Positions 5,989 through 14,137 of a stretch of DNA of 64,000 nt are shown in pieces. Where the stretch lies: sequence record OP380604.1. One strand, given 5' to 3'. Position 1 is the stretch's first letter; every line of letters begins with the position of its first letter. The translations under genes were made by a program, and so were the position numbers. The notes under the pieces were generated by a model that was given only the letters and a program-made list of their open reading frames with translations, searched no databases and was not told where the DNA came from.

Positions 5989-6009
5989 AATTCATCTGAG
6001 GAAATAATC

Positions 6010-6216
6010 ATGTTTTATGTTGTAATTCGTTCATTCTTTGATATAGAATACGGTGGAGAATACAAAGAGTTCTATGCCGTTCGTACCGACAAAAAGGTTG
6101 CTGAATCCGTTGTTGCTCGCGCTAGTGCTGAGTATGCCGAGAAGGGATATAGTGAAAGCTACCGATTCTCGATAGAAGAACATACCGAAGAAAGTTTTGT
6201 GGATTTGGACATATAA
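6010..6216 (+). CDS. Hypothetical protein
   Basis: GAGG RBS, ATG 6010. Confidence 0.7.
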   Translation: MFYVVIRSFFDIEYGGEYKEFYAVRTDKKVAESVVARASAEYAEKGYSESYRFSIEEHTEESFVDLDI

Positions 6217-6527
6217 TGCATTATTACGACTTTGACAAACAGAAAAACATCCGGGTGTCTCAGTTTCAACGTCTTTATCTCGCACGTAAGTTCCATAACG
6301 GAGCTCGCGTTTGTCGTTACATCAACGAAATGCACCAACAAAACAGACTTGTTTATGTTGCGGAGTCGCCGTTTAACGCCGTAGAAGATAAAAAGATGTT
6401 GATTGCTTCTGTTAGTGAGTTCGCATTCAGGAGAGAACTAGCTAGACAGAAAGACGATTTCAACTTTAAAATGCACCAAGCTTTACATCAAGCTAACTGG
6501 GAATACGAACATGATTCTGATGATTGA
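6216..6527 (+). CDS. Hypothetical protein
   Basis: 103-aa ORF, TAATG coupling. Confidence 0.7.
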   Translation: MHYYDFDKQKNIRVSQFQRLYLARKFHNGARVCRYINEMHQQNRLVYVAESPFNAVEDKKMLIASVSEFAFRRELARQKDDFNFKMHQALHQANWEYEHDSDD

Positions 6528-6780
6528 AGGCTATAAAAAGAAAGTTGTTCATCACCGTTGGGAAATCATTGCATTTCTGAATCAAAAAGATATTGTGGAT
6601 GAGGATTACATCGAAGATTGTGCCGATGAAATTCGAGATATCATGAAAAGTGGTGCCGAATACTGTTATGGTGATTTTTGTCCGTATCACAGTGAAATCG
6701 GCGAGTCTCGTTATCTGATCGTTAGTGACGATCAAGACAAATTGGCAGAAATGATTGCTGATGCCAGAGAAGAGATCTAA
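6511..6780 (+). CDS. Hypothetical protein
   Basis: 89-aa ORF tiling with neighbours. Confidence 0.65.
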   Translation: MILMIEGYKKKVVHHRWEIIAFLNQKDIVDEDYIEDCADEIRDIMKSGAEYCYGDFCPYHSEIGESRYLIVSDDQDKLAEMIADAREEI

Positions 6781-6785
6781 ATAAT

Positions 6786-6870
6786 AGGTGTCAGTTGTAA
6801 GTCTCAATTGGAAGAGCTACTGGGCAGAAACCCAGTGGGGTGCGGGTTCGAGTCCTGCCTTCTGACGCCT
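6786..6870 (+). ncRNA. tRNA-like RNA with extended acceptor stem, 6-nt anticodon-position loop, no CCA
   Basis: AGGTGTCAG/CTGACGCCT, D arm CTC/GAG, ACTGGG-CAGAAA-CCCAGT, GCGGG-TTCGAGT-CCTGC; CTAAATA at 6777. Confidence 0.6.
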
Positions 6871-6886
6871 TTATTTGGAGATCTGT

Positions 6887-7048
6887 ATGGATTTTAAAAG
6901 TTTCATGTTGCTGGAGTTTGTTGAAAAACGAGGCGATGAATGGGTGGTTTTGAATCATGCTAAGACGAAAGTTCTTGGCACACACAAAACCAAAGAACAG
7001 GCAATAGATCAACTACAGGCTATTGAGATTGCAAAACATAAAGGCTAA
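6887..7048 (+). CDS. 53-aa putative head-packaged protein (MDFKSFMLLEFVEKRGDEWVVLNHAKTKVLGTHKTKEQAIDQLQAIEIAKHKG)
   Basis: Read manually; GGAG RBS; N-terminus like T4 capsid-targeting propeptides. Confidence 0.7.
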   Translation: MDFKSFMLLEFVEKRGDEWVVLNHAKTKVLGTHKTKEQAIDQLQAIEIAKHKG

Positions 7049-7103
7049 GATTAGTCATAAGGGACGGTTCTTTCATTGTTTTAACTAACGATGGAGAATC
7101 AAA

Positions 7104-7481
7104 ATGTCAAGAACGTTTAGAGTTAAGAACAAAGATGAAGTTAAGTACCTGATCGGTCACGACTTCTGGAAAGAGAACTGCAATGCATACCACCGCATAG
7201 GTAAGTACGATTTCTGGCGCTATCATATTCAGCAGGAGCGTATCAATATGGACGTTTATGAGGAATATGAGCGTGAGAAAAACCAGATCATCCGTGGTTA
7301 TGACTGTGAAGTGAGCAAAACTGGTAACTACTCCAACAAGAGTTGTCGAGAGTATGCCAATCTGGGTCGCGCCAAAGTTCGCGATCAACTGAAAAAGATC
7401 TCACTGGACAACCAAGATGTTGAGATCATCGACCGTAGAAAGTACGATGCTTGCGCTTTTCGCTGGTTCATTCAATGGTAA
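7104..7481 (+). CDS. Hypothetical protein
   Basis: 125-aa ORF, GGAG RBS. Confidence 0.75.
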   Translation: MSRTFRVKNKDEVKYLIGHDFWKENCNAYHRIGKYDFWRYHIQQERINMDVYEEYEREKNQIIRGYDCEVSKTGNYSNKSCREYANLGRAKVRDQLKKISLDNQDVEIIDRRKYDACAFRWFIQW

Positions 7482-7484
7482 ACA

Positions 7485-7509
7485 AAATCCCGCTTCGGCG
7501 GGATTTTTT
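7485..7509 (+). terminator. Intrinsic terminator (stem-loop/promoter cassette)
   Basis: ATCCCGC-TTCG-GCGGGATTTTTT. Confidence 0.85.
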
Positions 7510-7523
7510 ATTTCCAAAAAGTG

Positions 7524-7551
7524 TTGACACTCTTTTGTGACCTGATATGAT
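7524..7551 (+). promoter_or_regulatory. Early promoter with inverted repeat around -10
   Basis: TTGACA-N16-TATGAT; arms TGTGACC/GGTCACA. Confidence 0.8.
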
Positions 7552-7577
7552 GGTCACATAGAAACAGGAGGTTAATC

Positions 7578-7811
7578 ATGAGTAAAAATATAACTTTCAA
7601 TTCGGCAAGAGAGATTTTGCACTTTACCGCGACTGAGCTTAGTCAGTTTGAAACTATTACCGTGAAATTCGACGGCGAGCCGGAGTTATATAAGCGCAAT
7701 CGTGGACTAGAGTTGTATTATCAAGTTCACAAAAACCGAAAAGTTGTTGCGTTTACATGCGATTTCGGTAACTATGATTTGATTAAACTGTATGGAGAAG
7801 ATGGAAAATGA
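7578..7811 (+). CDS. Hypothetical protein
   Basis: 77 aa, GGAGG RBS. Confidence 0.75.
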   Translation: MSKNITFNSAREILHFTATELSQFETITVKFDGEPELYKRNRGLELYYQVHKNRKVVAFTCDFGNYDLIKLYGEDGK

Positions 7812-8086
7812 AAGTATTTGTAAAGAATCTGGAAGAGTTATTGACAATGAGCCTTGTCGGTGTTCGCATCGTTGATTGTATGGGCTCAATTTATGAGCGA
7901 AACGATGATGCCGGTCAACTGTTCGAAAACGTCTTTGGAGTTCGTCCATTCGTTTTCACCAAGAATATGTATCACGACTGCGGTTCTATCATGTCCGAGT
8001 ATGGCACAATGGTGGCAATCGTTGGACAACGCTTTATCAAGTTCTATGGTGCCGATAACCTGTTCATGGATGTGCAAGGTGATTGA
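7808..8086 (+). CDS. Hypothetical protein
   Basis: 92 aa, overlapping start/stop. Confidence 0.7.
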   Translation: MKVFVKNLEELLTMSLVGVRIVDCMGSIYERNDDAGQLFENVFGVRPFVFTKNMYHDCGSIMSEYGTMVAIVGQRFIKFYGADNLFMDVQGD

Positions 8087-8303
8087 TAACTCCGAACTTC
8101 ATATGATCAAGCGTATGATCGATGAAGATGAATTCCGCGGTGTCGTGAGCTGTCCCGACTGTAGCGGAATGGGCTTTGATGATCAATATTGCTGTACCAC
8201 TTGTTGGGGAACTGGCGGCGATTGTCACCGTTATGTTTCCAACATCGTGTCCGAAATGTACGATGAAATTAAACGTTTGAAAGAAAAGTGTGGTGAAAAA
8301 TGA
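8079..8303 (+). CDS. Small protein with DnaJ-type zinc-finger repeats
   Basis: CPDCSGMG and CTTCWGTG; GTG start inferred. Confidence 0.65.
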   Translation: MIDNSELHMIKRMIDEDEFRGVVSCPDCSGMGFDDQYCCTTCWGTGGDCHRYVSNIVSEMYDEIKRLKEKCGEK

Positions 8304-8542
8304 AAAAAGTTCTTGCTTTTGTGGCTCTGATGATGTTTAATAGCTCTGTGTTCGCCGTTCCTGGCATGATTACTTGCTGGTTTCAAAATGGCGGATATGT
8401 AAAGACACCCGACGGTATGTTGATTAACGGCATCCGTGCTAGTGATTTGAATAGAAATAACAACGGTTGGATGTTTATGTTCAATGAGCGGAAATACTTT
8501 GTCACAAATGCCACTTGTTCTGTTCTCTGGGATGTGAAATAA
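8300..8542 (+). CDS. Putative exported protein
   Basis: MKKVLAFVALMMFNSSVFA signal peptide. Confidence 0.7.
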   Translation: MKKVLAFVALMMFNSSVFAVPGMITCWFQNGGYVKTPDGMLINGIRASDLNRNNNGWMFMFNERKYFVTNATCSVLWDVK

Positions 8543-8745
8543 TGACACAATATGTCGTATCGATCTATTACATCGATCAGGCTTACGAAACGTACTATCA
8601 ACTTCCGAGCGAAAGTGGAGAGAAAATCCTTGCTAAGGATTTGATAGTTACCGACTTGAGTATTACCCGAGATTTTGTTGTGTTTAAGTATAACGGCAAG
8701 TCGTGTTATGTTGTCAACTGCAAACTAATTGCTAAGGAAATATGA
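8542..8745 (+). CDS. Hypothetical protein
   Basis: TAATG coupling. Confidence 0.65.
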   Translation: MTQYVVSIYYIDQAYETYYQLPSESGEKILAKDLIVTDLSITRDFVVFKYNGKSCYVVNCKLIAKEI

Positions 8746-9170
8746 TGAAAAAGATTATTCAAAATGTTATATTCGTATGTGCCATGCTGGCAGTCGGTGC
8801 TGTTAAAGCCGATACTCTGTATGAAGTAGAGACCTCTGGTCTGGTATTCAAAGATACTCTGAGTGTGGAAGTATTCAGCGATCCTGATTATCCAAACATC
8901 ACCTGCTATGTCAATCTGCCGTCTCGAACTCTGAGTTTCGAAGATCAGACTGATGTTGCCATGCAGTGTGTTTCTGCTCCGTTCGAATCTGGGGTTGAAT
9001 TGACGTCTCGCAAGAACGTATTCTCTCAGAAGAAAAGCTGGTTCTTCAAGAACATGGTGATCGACCGTGTGTATGACAAAGAGCATATGAACATGGTTTA
9101 TGTTAGCTACACCAAGAAAATGGACGGCGACAACGCTAGTTCTGCTATCACTGTGGTGCCTGTTCTGTAA
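8742..9170 (+). CDS. CreA-family exported protein
   Basis: Signal peptide; VEVFSDPDYPNITCYV, VF..K.SW.FK.M.IDRVYD, SAITVVP match CreA pattern. Confidence 0.75.
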   Translation: MMKKIIQNVIFVCAMLAVGAVKADTLYEVETSGLVFKDTLSVEVFSDPDYPNITCYVNLPSRTLSFEDQTDVAMQCVSAPFESGVELTSRKNVFSQKKSWFFKNMVIDRVYDKEHMNMVYVSYTKKMDGDNASSAITVVPVL

Positions 9171-9179
9171 GGGAATTCT

Positions 9180-9506
9180 ATGTTCCGTGTAATGTTTCTT
9201 GTGTTCGTCGTGCTGTTATCTGGGTGCGGTGAACCAGAAAAACCAATCGTAGTTCGAGAAGTAACAGCACAGGCGACAAGATATAAGCCACAAGAGTGGA
9301 GAGGTAAGTTCTACCAGGAAGCTCGCGTTGAGTTTGAATATAACGGGATTCTTGTTTACTCAATCGAAACCGGTAGCTGTACGATTGTACCCGAGTTCAA
9401 ACAAGAAACCGTTGTGTTGATGAAAGCTGTTTATTCGAGTGGAATCAAATACTACATCAAGGACGATTCATACCAAGCTAACTTTTTAGCAAAATATTGT
9501 TACTGA
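9180..9506 (+). CDS. Putative lipoprotein
   Basis: LLSGC lipobox after hydrophobic stretch. Confidence 0.7.
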   Translation: MFRVMFLVFVVLLSGCGEPEKPIVVREVTAQATRYKPQEWRGKFYQEARVEFEYNGILVYSIETGSCTIVPEFKQETVVLMKAVYSSGIKYYIKDDSYQANFLAKYCY

Positions 9507-9555
9507 TGTTTACTTGCCACGGAAGGCGAGTTAAAGTAACAGAAAAGAGGATTAA

Positions 9556-10155
9556 ATGGCGAAACTTTTTTTCACGCATAGTGCGATGAACGTGGGCAAG
9601 AGCACTCAATTACTGCAAGTGGCTTTCAACTACAACGAGAGAAATCAAAACGTTCTGCTGTACAAACCTGCGTTTGACACTAGAACAGAAGGTACGATTG
9701 GATCACGTATCGGTATCCAGCGTGAGTGTCGCTGTGTGCATGTTGACGAAAACATGTTTACAATGATCGAAAAAGAGAGTAAACTGTCCGATATCGCCTG
9801 TGTTCTTGTTGATGAAGCACAGTTCCTGACTGAAAAACAAGTGTGGGAACTGTCCGACGTTGTTGACAAGCTGGATATCCCTGTTATGTGCTACGGACTG
9901 CGTACCGATTTTCTCGGTAACTTGTTCCCTGGCTCTAGGGCATTACTTTCGATTTCAGATGAAATTAGACAACTGTCTGGTATCTGTGATTGTGGTAGAA
10001 AATCCTGTATGGTAGCTCGCGTTGATGATAACGGCAATGTTATCCGTCGAGGTGAACAAATTTGCATTGGGGCTGAACAACGTTACATTTCGTTCTGCCG
10101 CAAGTGCTGGAAAAACAAACTGTCCTATGATTGGGACAAATTCAAACAAACCTGA
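9556..10155 (+). CDS. tk: Thymidine kinase (type II)
   Basis: HSAMNVGKSTQLL P-loop, LVDEAQFL, CYGLRTDF, CDCG and CRKC zinc motifs. Confidence 0.97.
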   Translation: MAKLFFTHSAMNVGKSTQLLQVAFNYNERNQNVLLYKPAFDTRTEGTIGSRIGIQRECRCVHVDENMFTMIEKESKLSDIACVLVDEAQFLTEKQVWELSDVVDKLDIPVMCYGLRTDFLGNLFPGSRALLSISDEIRQLSGICDCGRKSCMVARVDDNGNVIRRGEQICIGAEQRYISFCRKCWKNKLSYDWDKFKQT

Positions 10156-10168
10156 AAGAGGTAATTCT

Positions 10169-11605
10169 GTGTCTAATTTTATGAATGCAATGGTACAAGC
10201 TCAAGCCCGCACTGCTAACGGTGCTGTCACTAACTACACCACTGGCGACAAGTGTCTGAATCTGTTTTCTCAGATTGGTTCCTCTCGCGGGAAAGATCTG
10301 ACCCAGATGTTTGTTGATGCTTATACCGAGTCTCCTGACTGGGCTGTTCGCATTCTGCAATGGGCTCGCGATATTCGCGGTGGTGCCGGTGAACGTGAAC
10401 AATTCATCCGCCTGCTGAAAGTCCTTGCGCATCGTCACCCTGTTGACGCCACCGTAGTTCTGATGAACACTCCTGAAATCGGTCGCTTCAAAGACGTGGT
10501 AGCAATGTTCAATTCTCCGATTCAGGACGCTGCTGTGGCTATCATGGTTGATGCAATCATGACCAAGCAAAACGGTCTTGCTGCAAAGTGGGCACCTCGG
10601 AAGGGCAAAGAAGCCGGTATTCTGGCCAAAGCTATGCGAATGACTGCTAAAGAATATCGTCACACTATCGTCCGTATGTCGAACACCGTTGAACAAAAGA
10701 TGTGTGCTCGTCAGTGGGACGGTATTGAGTTCGGTAAACTGCCGTCTGTTGCATCTGCTCGATATCAGAAAGCATTCCTGAAAAACGCGAACGAGCGTTA
10801 TGTTGCTTATCTTGAGTCTCTGAAAAAGGGTGAGGCTAAGATCAACGCTGCTGCGGTTTATCCGTATGACATGATCAAATCCCTGCGTACCGGTTCTTCT
10901 GTTGCTGCTGATGCACAATGGAAAGCACAACGCGACTGGATGGCTGGCTCCACTGAAAACGTAATCGCGATGGTTGACGTTTCTGGCTCTATGGGCACTC
11001 CGACCGCTGTTGCTGGCTTGTCTGCTATGGACATCGCGATTTCTCTGGGTCTGTACATCGGCGAACGCTCGCGCGGTGTGTTCAAGAACGAAGTGATTAC
11101 CTTCGATGATAATCCTGAGTTCTACAACATCAAAGCGAAAGGCGACGATCTGCAAAGCATGGTGAATCATCTGGGACGCGCTCCGTGGGGTGGCTCTACC
11201 AACTTTGCTGGTGCATTCAAGATCATTCTTGATCGCGCTGTACGCAATCGAGTTCCGCAAGAAGATATGCCGACTATGATGGTTGTCTTGTCTGACATGG
11301 AATTCAACGTTGCTGATGGTGGCTATAGTGGTTACTATCGTATGCGTGACCGTGAGCCTACCAACTTTGAGGTGATTCGTCAGACTTACCGCGACGCTGG
11401 TTACGAAATGCCGAAACTGGTGTTCTGGAATCTTTGCCCGCGTCCGACTAACAATCCGGTGACCAAAGATGATCAAGGCACTGCTCTTGTTTCTGGTTTT
11501 AGTCCCGCAATCATGGAGACAATCCTGAGTGCGAAAGAGTTTAACCCGATGCAAATCATGCTCGACAAGATCATGAGCGACCGTTACGTCGGTATCGACT
11601 TCTAA
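10169..11605 (+). CDS. DUF2828/UCP015417 helical (TROVE-like) domain plus vWA domain protein
   Basis: RDIRGGAGER, KWAPR, VEQKMCA..W..I.F.KLPS, VDVSGSM MIDAS, GSTNF, VLSDMEF, LVFWNL; GTG start with GAGG RBS. Confidence 0.88.
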   Translation: MSNFMNAMVQAQARTANGAVTNYTTGDKCLNLFSQIGSSRGKDLTQMFVDAYTESPDWAVRILQWARDIRGGAGEREQFIRLLKVLAHRHPVDATVVLMNTPEIGRFKDVVAMFNSPIQDAAVAIMVDAIMTKQNGLAAKWAPRKGKEAGILAKAMRMTAKEYRHTIVRMSNTVEQKMCARQWDGIEFGKLPSVASARYQKAFLKNANERYVAYLESLKKGEAKINAAAVYPYDMIKSLRTGSSVAADAQWKAQRDWMAGSTENVIAMVDVSGSMGTPTAVAGLSAMDIAISLGLYIGERSRGVFKNEVITFDDNPEFYNIKAKGDDLQSMVNHLGRAPWGGSTNFAGAFKIILDRAVRNRVPQEDMPTMMVVLSDMEFNVADGGYSGYYRMRDREPTNFEVIRQTYRDAGYEMPKLVFWNLCPRPTNNPVTKDDQGTALVSGFSPAIMETILSAKEFNPMQIMLDKIMSDRYVGIDF

Positions 11606-11632
11606 AAAAAGCCACCTTCGGGTGGCTTTTTT
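11605..11632 (+). terminator. Intrinsic terminator
   Basis: AAAAAGCCACC-TTCG-GGTGGCTTTTTT. Confidence 0.9.
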
Positions 11633-11633
11633 A

Positions 11634-11661
11634 TTGACAACTGATTTGGATATGAGATAAT
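11634..11661 (+). promoter_or_regulatory. Early promoter
   Basis: TTGACA-N16-GATAAT directly after terminator. Confidence 0.7.
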
Positions 11662-11684
11662 ACGAATCCAACTAGGAGAATGAT

Positions 11685-12098
11685 ATGTTCAAGAGTGAAG
11701 ATTGTAAGAAGATTGTGGCGAAAGTAGAAGAGTTGCGAATTGATTGGAATCAAAAAGTTTCTCAGTTTCACGATAAAGATAACATTCGGAAGTTGACAGG
11801 AAAATATTCAAATGTTAGTATGGATCTCGAAGATATGACGATTAGCGTCACGTATGAGACTGGCTGGGATGACGACTTCCACGTTTGTAGCATTGATGTT
11901 GCCGTTGATGACCGTGAGATTGATGATGTTCTGAAAGATATCGAGTCCGAGATTGCTCGTTCATTCCAGCATATCAAACAACGCGATGAAGACTATCGCG
12001 TTAAAAAAGAAAAATGGGACGCTAATCAGAAGCAACAACGTTTAGAGCAATACAAGCGGCTGCAAGCTGAGTTCGGTCAAATTTCAACTCCAATGTGA
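11685..12098 (+). CDS. Hypothetical protein
   Basis: 137 aa, GGAG RBS. Confidence 0.75.
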   Translation: MFKSEDCKKIVAKVEELRIDWNQKVSQFHDKDNIRKLTGKYSNVSMDLEDMTISVTYETGWDDDFHVCSIDVAVDDREIDDVLKDIESEIARSFQHIKQRDEDYRVKKEKWDANQKQQRLEQYKRLQAEFGQISTPM

Positions 12099-12107
12099 GA
12101 ATTAAAA

Positions 12108-12362
12108 ATGAGTTCGATTATTGAGTTTATCCTTGCTAACGTTAAGATGTATGGCGATGCAATGGCAAAAATCCACAATATGGAGTTTAAGGCCGATGAT
12201 GTTTCGTTTAATCTTATCAAGAATGAGATAGTGGTAAAATTTAATGCTAACGGCACGGATTTGGAACATAAGTTCGAAATGGATTTCTTCCGAAATCAAA
12301 CTAGCGTGTCTGCTTGGATAAAGCAAGTGGAAGATTTCGTCAAACAGGTCAACGGAGAATAA
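12108..12362 (+). CDS. Hypothetical protein
   Basis: 84 aa, tiling. Confidence 0.7.
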   Translation: MSSIIEFILANVKMYGDAMAKIHNMEFKADDVSFNLIKNEIVVKFNANGTDLEHKFEMDFFRNQTSVSAWIKQVEDFVKQVNGE

Positions 12363-12363
12363 A

Positions 12364-12633
12364 ATGCAGAATACAACAATGCTGATTTACAATATCAAGA
12401 CATTCAAACGCGCATTGGTAGAATATGCCAATCAGATCAAGCGTAACAACGATTCCAATTGGGAAGCGAACGACGCTATTATTGATGACGAAGGAAACGT
12501 TGAGTTCTGGATTCATTCGTATCAAGGCGAAGGTGATTTTTATCGTGCCACTTTGAATCTGAAACTGTTTGCCGATGACCGTGTTATCGAACATCATTTG
12601 GCAAACTGTAAATTGGAGATTGCTGGTAAATGA
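12364..12633 (+). CDS. Hypothetical protein
   Basis: 89 aa, GGAG RBS. Confidence 0.7.
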   Translation: MQNTTMLIYNIKTFKRALVEYANQIKRNNDSNWEANDAIIDDEGNVEFWIHSYQGEGDFYRATLNLKLFADDRVIEHHLANCKLEIAGK

Positions 12634-12836
12634 TATCGGAGAATCTATCTCGAATTCTTCGGACTATCGAGTGTATTGGATATGACGAAGTAAGTACCGA
12701 CCCTATGGATAGAAGTGATTTCATTACACAACACGATCACACCGAGCTGTTGAGGAGTGGATACTCTTTCCATATTAGACAGATCAAACAAAACGGATAT
12801 CACGTTTTCTTAGTGATGGCTCCGCGAAATGTTTGA
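12630..12836 (+). CDS. Hypothetical protein
   Basis: 68 aa, ATGA overlap. Confidence 0.65.
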   Translation: MISENLSRILRTIECIGYDEVSTDPMDRSDFITQHDHTELLRSGYSFHIRQIKQNGYHVFLVMAPRNV

Positions 12837-13173
12837 AATTCTGTATATTCTCATTCTCGGCCATTTTGTGGCCGATTATGTTCTGCAATCCGATAGTATT
12901 GCTCGTGGTAAGAATCCAATCAATTCTCCGCTCTATGGCGTGCATTGGTTCTACTGGCTAACTGCTCATAGTGCTACTCATGCGCTTGTGGTATACGTTG
13001 CAACCAAGAGCGTTTGGCTTAGTTTGGCAGAGCTTGTGAGTCATTGGATCATCGATTATGCTAAGTGCAACAGCAAGATTGGATTACATCAAGATCAAGC
13101 ACTTCATATTGTGTGTAAAATTTTGATCGCAATCGCGTATTTTTGCTTGACTGGTAATCCAGAGTCATTATAA
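12829..13173 (+). CDS. DUF3307 membrane protein
   Basis: LGHFVADYVLQ, LTAHSATH, SHWIIDYAK, DQALHI. Confidence 0.85.
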   Translation: MFEILYILILGHFVADYVLQSDSIARGKNPINSPLYGVHWFYWLTAHSATHALVVYVATKSVWLSLAELVSHWIIDYAKCNSKIGLHQDQALHIVCKILIAIAYFCLTGNPESL

Positions 13174-13201
13174 TGGTGACATTAACTAAGAGGAAGTTAT
13201 C

Positions 13202-13678
13202 ATGAGTATGAAATATCTGACTAAACTGCTGTTTCCTAATACCTATACTGCTATTGTCGAAGAAGGCAAGTGGCTTGGCATGGAAGCAAAGCGTAAAGAA
13301 CAAGAAGAACAGAAAGAGAAAGATCGTCTGTTGTCACTTTCATACAAACGTCCTCTTGGTATTCCCATGATCTCGTTCGACGGTGCTGGTAATGTTCGAG
13401 TTGTAGTAAACACGGAATACATGTATGATGGTGCCGTAACTCGTTCCGTTGATCTGATTTCAGGTGAGGAGTTTATTGACTTCACCACTCAGATTCGATA
13501 CAGTGAGGAGTTGGCGGGATTAATTGCACGTAATAAGATCGAGGATGTTTACGCGCTGATTCATCGCGGTAACGCCAAGATCATGAAAGTAAATCCGAAT
13601 CGGGAAACGTTGATTCGTTTGAAGTTCAAACTGGCAGTGAAAAATTTCAACGAAAAAGGTTTACCCTCTAAGAAATAA
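13202..13678 (+). CDS. Hypothetical protein
   Basis: 158 aa, GAGG RBS. Confidence 0.75.
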   Translation: MSMKYLTKLLFPNTYTAIVEEGKWLGMEAKRKEQEEQKEKDRLLSLSYKRPLGIPMISFDGAGNVRVVVNTEYMYDGAVTRSVDLISGEEFIDFTTQIRYSEELAGLIARNKIEDVYALIHRGNAKIMKVNPNRETLIRLKFKLAVKNFNEKGLPSKK

Positions 13679-13688
13679 GTGTTAAGAT
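13660..13688 (+). promoter_or_regulatory. Promoter for the tRNA-like RNA trio
   Basis: TTTACC-N17-TAAGAT ending ~7 nt before element A. Confidence 0.6.
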
Positions 13689-13691
13689 TGT

Positions 13692-13821
13692 TTTGTTGTC
13701 GCGATTAGTTCAGCGGGAGAGCGCCTCTGATCGCAGAGAAGTATCGGGACCGGTTCGATTCCGTTAAGTGTGGGCACATTGAGAAACGTCACTGGTTCGA
13801 ATCCAGTATCGCGACAACAAA
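13692..13821 (+). ncRNA. tRNA-scaffold RNA A (extended acceptor stem, large insert with second TTCGA loop, no CCA)
   Basis: TTTGTTGTCGCGAT/ATCGCGACAACAAA; D arm GTTC/GAGC; T arm ACTGG-TTCGAAT-CCAGT. Confidence 0.7.
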
Positions 13822-13958
13822 CAACATTATGCTGGCGGTTCGTCTAATTGGTAGGACACTGTAAAATTCATTCTGATAAGAATGTTTTCCGCAATAAATA
13901 CTCGCCTGTTAAGCCTGTAATCTGGGTTCGAGGCCCAGACCGCCAGCATAGTGTTGTT
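13820..13958 (+). ncRNA. tRNA-scaffold RNA B (20-bp terminal stem, ~60-nt insert, no CCA)
   Basis: AACAACATTATGCTGGCGGT/ACCGCCAGCATAGTGTTGTT; D arm GTCT/GGAC; T arm CTGGG-TTCGAGG-CCCAG. Confidence 0.7.
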
Positions 13959-13966
13959 AAAAATTT

Positions 13967-14088
13967 GGGGAAGTAGCTCAGTGGTAGAGCAGTAGTCGCA
14001 AAAAGCGGAATCTGATTAAGATTCTTTACCGCAAACCCTTGCAAAATCAAACTGTTGGTCGTGGGTTCGAATCCCACCTTCTCCGCCA
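13967..14088 (+). ncRNA. tRNA-scaffold RNA C (54-nt insert in anticodon loop, G3.U70, GCCA end)
   Basis: GGGGAAG/CTTCTCC, D arm GCTC/GAGC, GTAGT/ACTGT stem, T arm GTGGG-TTCGAAT-CCCAC. Confidence 0.78.
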
Positions 14089-14137
14089 ATATCTGTCATT
14101 AGTGATAGTGTATTAAAACCACCTGTAGGAAACAAAG

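Noticed and set aside
10142-11671. 509-aa minus-strand ORF
   Set aside because: Exact antisense shadow of the DUF2828-vWA gene; no RBS, promoter or recognisable motifs. The same applies to 28845-29567, 58875-59885 and 60316-61203.
13860-14050. Group I or archaeal-type introns in elements B and C
   Set aside because: Inserts of 54-65 nt are far too short for group I cores; no clear bulge-helix-bulge, and no excision restores a canonical 7-nt loop by eye.
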